Shown here in pieces: positions 49,730 through 57,031 of a stretch of 64,000 nucleotides of DNA (within the stretch, counting starts at the first letter, position 1; every line of letters starts with the position of its first letter). The notes under the pieces are model-generated. The model saw only the letters and a program-made list of their open reading frames with translations. It had not been told where the DNA came from and made no database searches. The DNA is from Bacteroidia bacterium (lineage in GTDB: Bacteria; Bacteroidota; Bacteroidia; B-17B0; Aurantibacillaceae), in NCBI GenBank assembly GCA_025451115.1, contig JANWKZ010000019.1, positions 192 to 64,191 of the forward strand. Direction: 5' to 3'. The translations under genes and the position numbers were made by a program.

Positions 49730-52210
49730 GTGTTCGACCCCTTTAAAATAGATCTGCCGGTTACCGACATCATTTCAGATGTGCGCGAGAAACTGGCGGC
49801 ACAGAACACCCTGATCGTCACAGCTCCTCCCGGCGCCGGAAAAAGTACTTTGCTTCCGCTGGCTTTATTGAATGAGCCATGGCTTCAGGGAAAAAAGATC
49901 ATCATGCTCGAGCCACGCCGATTAGCTGCAAGAACCATCGCTTCGCGCATGGCTTCGTTGCTGGAAGAAGAGACCGGCGAGACCATTGGTTTCCGGGTGC
50001 GTTTTGATACACAAGTTAGTGCCAGGACAAAATTGGAAGTTGTTACCGAAGGAATCCTCACCCGCATGCTGCAGAACGATAACGCCCTGGAGAATGTGGC
50101 GATGGTCATCTTCGATGAGTTCCACGAAAGAAATTTACATGCTGATGTCGCGCTCGCGCTTTGTCGGGATGCGCAGCAAGTCCTACGACCAGATTTGCGC
50201 ATACTGATCATGTCGGCCACACTCAATATGGCCGAGCTTCCAAAACTTCTGAACGCGCCTGTTTCCGAAAGCAAAGGACGACAATATCCCGTAGACGTTA
50301 TTTATACAAATGATGCGGATCCATTCTTACTGCCTGAGCTAGCGGCGAGCGTTGTGTTCCGCGCAACAAGTGAACACGAAGGCGACACACTTGTTTTTCT
50401 TCCCGGCGAAGGAGAAATAAAAAAGTGTGCAGAGATCCTCGAAGAAAAATTACCGGGCTTCGCCATTCATCCGCTGTACGGACAACTTCCGCAGAACCAG
50501 CAATACGCCGCCATCATGCCCAATAAATACGGCACAAGAAAAATTGTGCTCGCTACTTCTATTGCAGAAACGAGTTTGACGATAGAAGGAATTCGTATAG
50601 TTGTTGATAGTGGTTTTGGCCGTACATCACGCTTTGATGTCGCTTCAGGACTATCAAGATTAGAAACAATTCGCATTTCAAAAGACTCGGCGGATCAGCG
50701 CGCCGGTCGTGCCGGACGATTGAGCGCCGGCGTTTGTTACCGTATGTGGACCGCGGCTACACACGAACGTTTGGCTCTACATCGTGTTCCGGAAATTGTG
50801 GAGGCCGATCTCGCTTCCATGACACTCGATATGGCGCAATGGGGCGTTGCCGATATACAAAAGCTTACCTGGCTTACACCTCCGCCTAAAACAAACGTGT
50901 CGCGAGCAACAGAAACGCTGGAACAACTGAGCGCACTTGAAAAGGGAAAAATTACCGAGCACGGAAAAAAAGTTCACAAGCTGGCATGTCACCCGCGTTT
51001 GGCGCATATGCTTTTGATGGCGCAGAAAAAAGAAGAAGTACAATTGGCTACCGATATTGCTGCCTTGCTTGAAGAAAGAGATCCGCTACCGCGCGAATCC
51101 GGCATCGACATTAATTTGCGCATTGAAGCTTTGCGCAGAGCGAGGAGCACAAATGGAGGCGGAAAGAAATTCTCTCGAATTGAGAAAGTCGCTGAATCTT
51201 ACAGAAGAATGTTGAAAGTGGATGAGAGCAACGATCCTGTGGATCCTTACGAAACAGGTTTGCTGCTTGCTTATGCTTATCCCGAAAGAATTGCGATGGC
51301 ACGACCGGGAAACAACGCGCAGTTTCAATTGGCGAACGGAAAAATTGCAACAGCCGGTCACAAAGATGATCTGGCTCATGAAGCGTGTCTCGCCGTAGCG
51401 AATATGGATCTGCGTGATGGCTTAGGAAAAATATTTCTGGCAGCGCCGATCAATCCGAAGGACCTGGTGCATTTGATCAAAGAAGTTGAGAATGTAAGTT
51501 GGGACACAAGAAAGGGCGGACTGATAGCCGCCATTGAAACGAAGATAGGCAGCCTTGTTTTGCAGAGTAAACCGTTGAACTCCTACGGAGGCGTTGATAC
51601 GTTAAGCGTTATTAGTGAAGCGATAACTAAGGAAGGTGAAAGTTTGTTGGACTTGAACGATGAGTTTGGCCAATTGCAGAATAGGATTCTGAGTTTGAAA
51701 ACCTGGAACCCGGAGGATGGCTGGCCCGACGTTGAAACGAATAACCTATTAACCAATAACCGCGCCTGGCTCGGACCTTATCTGGAAAAAGTAAGAACAA
51801 CGGAGCAGCTAAAAAAAGTAGATGTTACGGAGGCGCTTCGAAGCTCACTCGATTGGGAAAAACAACAAGCGCTCGAAAAACTCGCACCAAAGAAAATAGA
51901 AGTCCCCAGCGGATCTAAAATTCCTTTACAATATTTTGCCAATGGAGCGCCGCCGATTTTGGCCGTTCGCTTACAGGAAGTTTTCGGTATGGCCGATACA
52001 CCCAAAATAAACAACGGAAAAACTTCTGTGCTTTTGCATTTGCTTTCGCCGGGCTATAAACCCGTGCAGGTCACCAGCGATCTCCGCAGCTTTTGGGACA
52101 AGACCTATTTTGAAGTGCGTAACGAACTAAAACGCCGTTACCCCAAACACGCCTGGCCCGAGCAGCCGTGGGATGCGAAGGCGGTGGCGAAAGGAAGAAG
52201 TTTTAAGTAA
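49730..52210 (+). CDS. hrpB: ATP-dependent helicase HrpB
   Basis: APPGAGKST, DEFHER, MSAT, ATSIAETSLTI, QRAGRAGR, RYPKH.WP; GTG 4 nt after TACCTTTG. Confidence 0.95.
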   Translation: MFDPFKIDLPVTDIISDVREKLAAQNTLIVTAPPGAGKSTLLPLALLNEPWLQGKKIIMLEPRRLAARTIASRMASLLEEETGETIGFRVRFDTQVSARTKLEVVTEGILTRMLQNDNALENVAMVIFDEFHERNLHADVALALCRDAQQVLRPDLRILIMSATLNMAELPKLLNAPVSESKGRQYPVDVIYTNDADPFLLPELAASVVFRATSEHEGDTLVFLPGEGEIKKCAEILEEKLPGFAIHPLYGQLPQNQQYAAIMPNKYGTRKIVLATSIAETSLTIEGIRIVVDSGFGRTSRFDVASGLSRLETIRISKDSADQRAGRAGRLSAGVCYRMWTAATHERLALHRVPEIVEADLASMTLDMAQWGVADIQKLTWLTPPPKTNVSRATETLEQLSALEKGKITEHGKKVHKLACHPRLAHMLLMAQKKEEVQLATDIAALLEERDPLPRESGIDINLRIEALRRARSTNGGGKKFSRIEKVAESYRRMLKVDESNDPVDPYETGLLLAYAYPERIAMARPGNNAQFQLANGKIATAGHKDDLAHEACLAVANMDLRDGLGKIFLAAPINPKDLVHLIKEVENVSWDTRKGGLIAAIETKIGSLVLQSKPLNSYGGVDTLSVISEAITKEGESLLDLNDEFGQLQNRILSLKTWNPEDGWPDVETNNLLTNNRAWLGPYLEKVRTTEQLKKVDVTEALRSSLDWEKQQALEKLAPKKIEVPSGSKIPLQYFANGAPPILAVRLQEVFGMADTPKINNGKTSVLLHLLSPGYKPVQVTSDLRSFWDKTYFEVRNELKRRYPKHAWPEQPWDAKAVAKGRSFK

Positions 52211-52214
52211 TTTC

Positions 52215-52243
52215 TTTGTAATTCGCGATTCGCGAATTGCAAA
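52215..52243. repeat. 29-bp palindrome after hrpB
   Basis: TTTGTAATTCGCGA-T-TCGCGAATTGCAAA. Confidence 0.6.
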
Positions 52244-52297
52244 ACCAGCCAATAAAATAATTAAAGAATTTAAAATCAACAAAATAACTAGTAATAA

Positions 52298-52333
52298 TAA
52301 ACAATATTGTTTAAACAAAAATGATTATATTTG
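52298..52333 (+). promoter_or_regulatory. Palindromic operator plus -7 box of the HTH/AbiEii pair
   Basis: Perfect TAAACAATATTGTTTA (52298-52313), overlapping TTGTTTAAACAA, then TATATTTG at 52326-52333. Confidence 0.65.
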
Positions 52334-52336
52334 CAT

Positions 52337-52792
52337 ATGAATAGATCAATTTCAATAGCCAAAGGAATACACCCCGGCTTGTTCCTGGAAAGAGAATTAA
52401 AAAAAAGAAAACTAGCCAAGGGAAGGTTCGCTTTATTGATCCACGAATACCCGCAAACACTTACCGCCATTACCAAGGGTAAGCGCAATATGAATCCTGG
52501 ACTTGCGCTTAAGATAGAAAAGGAGCTCGGCTTTGACGAAGGAGACTTCATGGTGCTACAGGCTTATTATGAAGTTGAGCTGGAGAAAAGAAAGCGGCCC
52601 GTTATAAAACCCGACCTTAGCAAAATACGACGCATTTTATTTTGGGACACAACATTCGAGAAGATCGACTGGCAAAAACACAAAAACAGCGTTATCAAAA
52701 GAGTATTTGAGAGAGGCAATGAAGAGGAGAAGGAAGAAATAACAAGGTTTTACGGAGCCCGAACAGTAAAGGCGGCATTGAAACATGACTAA
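52337..52792 (+). CDS. HigA/VapI-like HTH antitoxin fused to a DUF6922-like domain
   Basis: IHPG..L, GKR......ALKI; C-terminal LFWD....IDW......VI.RVFERG. Confidence 0.8.
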   Translation: MNRSISIAKGIHPGLFLERELKKRKLAKGRFALLIHEYPQTLTAITKGKRNMNPGLALKIEKELGFDEGDFMVLQAYYEVELEKRKRPVIKPDLSKIRRILFWDTTFEKIDWQKHKNSVIKRVFERGNEEEKEEITRFYGARTVKAALKHD

Positions 52793-53432
52793 AGAGCTCC
52801 ATTATAATACAGTTAACCCATATCTTTTAAACGTGCTCATGCAATTAATGAGCGCGAAAGAATTTGCGTCATTTAGATTAGTGGGCGGCACCTCCTTAAG
52901 TTTACAGCGCGGGCACAGAATATCAATTGACATTGATCTTTTCACAGATGCAGAATATGGCTCGATTGATTTTGATGAACTTGATAGATCGCTCCGCCAG
53001 AATTACAAATACGTAGATACTGCCCAAACCGGCGAACCGGGCATGGGAAGATCATACTTTGTTGGTAGAAATAAAGAGGACTGTGTAAAGCTGGATATTT
53101 TTTATACCGATCCATTTATCTTCCCTGCGCTTGAGATGAACGGAATTCGCTTAGCAACCATTGAAGAAATAATAGCCATGAAACTCGAGGTGATCATTCG
53201 CGGAGGGAGAAAAAAAGATTTCTGGGACCTGCACGAATTAACCGGCGATCTCACGCTTAAACAAATGCTGGAATTGCACGAAAAACGCCATCCTTATTCG
53301 CACGATGCAGGACTCATAAAAAAGCAGTTCAGCAATTTCTCAAAAGCCGACAATGATGGCGCCCCTGATTGTTTAAGAGGCCACACTTGGGAATTAATTA
53401 AGCTCGACATGCAGGACTTCTCTAAAACATAG
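52785..53432 (+). CDS. AbiEii/AbiGii-family nucleotidyltransferase toxin
   Basis: LVGGTSL....GHR.S.DIDLF, AMK......G.KKDF.D; overlaps the HTH gene. Confidence 0.88.
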   Translation: MTKELHYNTVNPYLLNVLMQLMSAKEFASFRLVGGTSLSLQRGHRISIDIDLFTDAEYGSIDFDELDRSLRQNYKYVDTAQTGEPGMGRSYFVGRNKEDCVKLDIFYTDPFIFPALEMNGIRLATIEEIIAMKLEVIIRGGRKKDFWDLHELTGDLTLKQMLELHEKRHPYSHDAGLIKKQFSNFSKADNDGAPDCLRGHTWELIKLDMQDFSKT

Positions 53433-53476
53433 ACTTTCGTCGACAAAGAGATAAAATAATTTTTCTATCTTCCCCT

Positions 53477-54892
53477 ATGTTTTCCCGTCTTTTGCTAAGC
53501 GTATTTTTACTGGGCAGCGTTCTTGCAAGAGCACAGAGCGACTCATTGCGCGCACTTCTTAAAACAGCGAAGGAGGATACAAACAAAGTTTTACTCCTAA
53601 ACAGTTATGCAGATACATTCTGGCAGAGTGGTCGGCCGGATAGTGCGGAGATCATAGCCAATCAAGCGATCTCCTTAGCAGATAAACTCAATTTTAAAAG
53701 AGGATTGGCCAAAGCCTACAACAGTTTGGGCGTGGCCCGCAACCAGCAGGGAAATTTTACCGGCGCGCTTGAGAGCCATCTTATGAGCTTGAAGCTGAAC
53801 CGCGATCTCCAGTACAAACCCGGAACCGCTTCGGCCTATGCGAACGTGGCGGGAACTTATATCAACCTGGGAAATTATCCCGAGGCGCTCAAAAATAGTT
53901 ATGCAGCCTTAAAAACCTACGAGTTAATTCCGTTCAAGCCCGGCATGGCCACTTCGTATATCAATATTGGCGCGGTGTATTTTAACCAAGGCAATTTTCC
54001 CGATGCACTTATTAATTACGAGTTGGCACTGCAGATCAGTAAGGAAAGTAATTACCCCCGAGGCATGGCCAACTCCTATATACAGATTGGTAACATTTAT
54101 TATAACGGGCACAAATATGAAGAAGCGTTAAAGAACCACGCCGAAGCGCTGCGCATACAAAAAGAGACCGGTGATGTGGATGGCGAAGGAACTTCTTACA
54201 GTAATATAGGCTCGGTTTACCAAGACCAAAAACTATACGATAAGGCGCTGGAGAATTTTTTCCGCTCGCTTAAATTAAAGGAGCTGATAGGCGACCGGTT
54301 GGGAATGGATATTGCCATGGGAAATATCTCGAGCGCTTACGACAAAAAAGGCGATCTGGAAAAAGCCGAAGAGTATGGACAAAAAGCTTTAAAAATTGCC
54401 AATGAAATAAACGACCTGGAAGGAGTAAAGGAGCTGAACATGAACCTGAGCACTATCTACGAAGAAAAAGGACTCATGCAAAAAGCGCTTACGCATTACA
54501 AAGCCTACATAGCCGCCCGCGACAGCCTGGTGAACGAAGAGAATACCAAAAAGACCGTGCAACTGGAAATGAACTATGAATTTGACAAAAAAGAAGCCGC
54601 CACTAAACTGGAACAGGAAAAAAAGGACGCCGTAGCGGCGGCCGAGGTCCGGCGCCAAAGGATCATTTTATTGGCGATCTCTTGTTTTGGATTGCTGGTA
54701 CTTGGTTTTGCCGTATTTGCCTACCGCAGCTTCTTACAAAAACGCAAAGCCAACGAAGAAATTACCCGCCAAAAGGATATGATAGAGATGAAGCAGGAAG
54801 AAATTCTCAGCAGCATACGCTACGCGAAACGGATACAAACAGCGCTGTTGCCTTCGGAGAGGGTGGTGGGAAAAATGCTTAAAAGAAATTAA
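53477..54892 (+). CDS. Periplasmic TPR sensor-like membrane protein lacking a catalytic output domain
   Basis: Signal peptide, about 7 TPRs, TM helix, coiled coil ending SIRYAKRIQTALLP then a stop. Confidence 0.8.
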   Translation: MFSRLLLSVFLLGSVLARAQSDSLRALLKTAKEDTNKVLLLNSYADTFWQSGRPDSAEIIANQAISLADKLNFKRGLAKAYNSLGVARNQQGNFTGALESHLMSLKLNRDLQYKPGTASAYANVAGTYINLGNYPEALKNSYAALKTYELIPFKPGMATSYINIGAVYFNQGNFPDALINYELALQISKESNYPRGMANSYIQIGNIYYNGHKYEEALKNHAEALRIQKETGDVDGEGTSYSNIGSVYQDQKLYDKALENFFRSLKLKELIGDRLGMDIAMGNISSAYDKKGDLEKAEEYGQKALKIANEINDLEGVKELNMNLSTIYEEKGLMQKALTHYKAYIAARDSLVNEENTKKTVQLEMNYEFDKKEAATKLEQEKKDAVAAAEVRRQRIILLAISCFGLLVLGFAVFAYRSFLQKRKANEEITRQKDMIEMKQEEILSSIRYAKRIQTALLPSERVVGKMLKRN

Positions 54893-55590
54893 ATTATGTT
54901 GTCACGCTTTTGCAAATTGTGTCGAGCGCAAAGCAACTGAATATTCTCAACTTTTAGAGAAGTACCGCCTTTCGAAAATGGAAGAATATGGTCGAAATGT
55001 AAATTATCGGAGCTTCCACAAGTAACACATTTACCGTTGTCGCGTCTCCAAACTTCTAATTTGACTGACGTAGGAATCATTCGGTTATGCGCTAAATCCT
55101 TTAGTGTAACCACATTTTGCGATATGGACTCAATAGTTTTATCAGTAATATCAAATTGAAATTTAAAAACTTTTCTTCGCCCACTTTTTTCTTGCCAGGC
55201 ATCCTTCAATTCAAAAACGCCATTGTAAACCCAAATGCCATCTTTAATTTTTTCATAAACTTTTACTAATTCCGCGGCTAGCTCTTTTTTCTTGTATTTA
55301 ACTGCGGCGTTGAAAAACTTTCCATTTTCAGTTAATTTTCCCGAGGGTGATTTCAACGGCTGATCAACATTTTTTGGAATTTTGGCCCAATTTTTTTGTG
55401 CATCATGCCCTTCGTAAATTAAAGTTTTTCCTTCGTTTTCAGTCTTATCAGAATATGGAGCCCCTTTTCTTTGAGACATTAAAATTACTGTGGTCCTACC
55501 CTTGCATTGGAAATTCATCCCTTTCTGTAAGGAAAAACCTTCCTCCATGCACATCGCACTATGAGAGATTATATCTCCTGGCTGAATCAT
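54889..55590 (-). CDS. SRA-like domain plus HNH endonuclease (putative modification-dependent type IV restriction enzyme)
   Basis: Y.D....LIYEGHD...DQ...NG...W.YNG.F.L...W......VFKF (SRA pattern); C..C....HFDHI.P.SKGG.....N.QLLC..HN (HNH). Confidence 0.75.
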   Translation of the reverse strand: MIQPGDIISHSAMCMEEGFSLQKGMNFQCKGRTTVILMSQRKGAPYSDKTENEGKTLIYEGHDAQKNWAKIPKNVDQPLKSPSGKLTENGKFFNAAVKYKKKELAAELVKVYEKIKDGIWVYNGVFELKDAWQEKSGRRKVFKFQFDITDKTIESISQNVVTLKDLAHNRMIPTSVKLEVWRRDNGKCVTCGSSDNLHFDHILPFSKGGTSLKVENIQLLCARHNLQKRDNII

Positions 55591-55808
55591 TTCTTAAATT
55601 CTTTTGAATTAAAAAATTCAGCAATTGATACTTCCAAGGCTTTAATTATTCTTTCTAAAATTTCAACGGAAACATTCCTTCTTCCGTTTTCAACATCCGT
55701 AATATATGTGCGATCGACTTCAGCTTTATACCCTAATGCTTCTTGCGAAATTCCAAGCTCTTTACGAAGCTCTTTAATCCTCTTTCCTACTTTGTTCTTG
55801 ATATTCAC
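55587..55808 (-). CDS. C (controller) protein of the R-M type, Xre HTH
   Basis: G.RIK.LR...G.SQE.L..KA.VDRTYI..VE.G.RN.S; GTG start; ATGA overlap with the nuclease gene. Confidence 0.85.
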   Translation of the reverse strand: MNIKNKVGKRIKELRKELGISQEALGYKAEVDRTYITDVENGRRNVSVEILERIIKALEVSIAEFFNSKEFKK

Positions 55809-55826
55809 GGGATTAAAAGTATAGGT

Positions 55827-55861
55827 ATGTGGCCTATAAGTCAACGGACTTTAAGGGTCAT
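55827..55861 (-). promoter_or_regulatory. 35-bp C-box (Esp1396I-like double operator)
   Basis: ATGTGGCCTATAAGTCAACGGACTTTAAGGGTCAT, 18 nt upstream of the C start. Confidence 0.75.
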
Positions 55862-55883
55862 TTCATTATATTTGCCTACCAAC

Positions 55884-56189
55884 ATGAACATAAAATTCAA
55901 TTATCTCTACAGAGACGCTGCTAACTACAAAACATTTGGTTTTGTAGTTTTCTCAAATCCAGATGGCATCGATCTGAATCAATTGGAAAAATTGATTCAG
56001 AATAAGTTGCTCGATGGTGAATTTTTTGAACCGAAGAGATTCGGCATTCCTCACCTAAGACATTTGGATTTTCCATTTGATCTTGAATTGGATCACGATT
56101 GGAACGAGTTTCATTCAGTAGAAAAAACCACAGAAATGCCCACTGATAAAAGGACAATAAAGGAGTTTCTTCTCCAAATAGGGATTTAG
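55884..56189 (+). CDS. 101-aa hypothetical protein (YLYRD..NYK and DHDW.EF motifs)
   Basis: TATATTTG at 55867-55874 upstream; divergent from the C gene. Confidence 0.75.
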   Translation: MNIKFNYLYRDAANYKTFGFVVFSNPDGIDLNQLEKLIQNKLLDGEFFEPKRFGIPHLRHLDFPFDLELDHDWNEFHSVEKTTEMPTDKRTIKEFLLQIGI

Positions 56190-56277
56190 ACCCCAATTTC
56201 CCTCAAAACCACCCTCTTAACAATAGTTAAAATCAATAAAATACGGGGTATTTTTAGTATTTTCGCCCTCCGAAACC

Positions 56278-57030
56278 GTGAAGAGCGTAAAAGAGCAAAT
56301 AGACCTTAACCGCCTGCCTAAGCACATTGCCGTTATTATGGATGGCAACGGGCGCTGGGCCAAAAGCAAAGGAGCTTCCCGCATCTTTGGGCACCAGAAC
56401 GGGGTAAAATCGGTTAAAGAAACCGTAGAAGCCTGCGCCGAGATAGGCGTAGAGTACCTCACCCTGTACGCTTTCAGCACCGAGAACTGGAACCGTCCCG
56501 CCGAAGAAGTACAGGCCCTGATGGAATTGTTAATTAAGACCATCTTTGACGAAACCCCCACACTAAACAAGAACAATATCCGTTTACTGGCAATTGGCGA
56601 CATAAAAAGTCTGCCCGCCAAATGCCAGGAGCAATTGGCATCTGCCATGAAGGAGACCTCTAAAAATACAAGATTGAGTTTGGTGCTGGCGCTGAGCTAT
56701 TCTTCCAAGTGGGAGATCATGAACGCCATTAAACAAATTGCACAAGACGCGAAGGACGGGAAATTAGCCCCCGAGCAAATAAATGAAGTGATCTTCGAAA
56801 ATCATTTGTCAACCGCCGGCATGCCGCATCCTGAGCTGATGATACGCACCAGCGGAGAACACCGCATCAGTAATTTTTTACTGTGGCAACTGGCGTATGC
56901 CGAATTTTATTTTACAGATGTGATGTGGCCCGATTTTAGAAGAGAAGATCTTTACAAAGCCATTATTTCTTACCAGCAGCGCGAACGCCGTTTCGGAAAA
57001 ACCGGCGAACAGGTTAAACAGCCCAATTGA
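56278..57030 (+). CDS. uppS: Undecaprenyl diphosphate synthase
   Basis: HIAVIMDGNGRWA, AFSTENW.RP, IRTSGE.RISNFLLWQ. Confidence 0.97.
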   Translation: MKSVKEQIDLNRLPKHIAVIMDGNGRWAKSKGASRIFGHQNGVKSVKETVEACAEIGVEYLTLYAFSTENWNRPAEEVQALMELLIKTIFDETPTLNKNNIRLLAIGDIKSLPAKCQEQLASAMKETSKNTRLSLVLALSYSSKWEIMNAIKQIAQDAKDGKLAPEQINEVIFENHLSTAGMPHPELMIRTSGEHRISNFLLWQLAYAEFYFTDVMWPDFRREDLYKAIISYQQRERRFGKTGEQVKQPN

Positions 57031-57031
57031 T

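Noticed and set aside
22000-52000. GC-skew switch at the candidate oriC
   Set aside because: Small hand counts on either side were inconclusive, so skew was not used as evidence.
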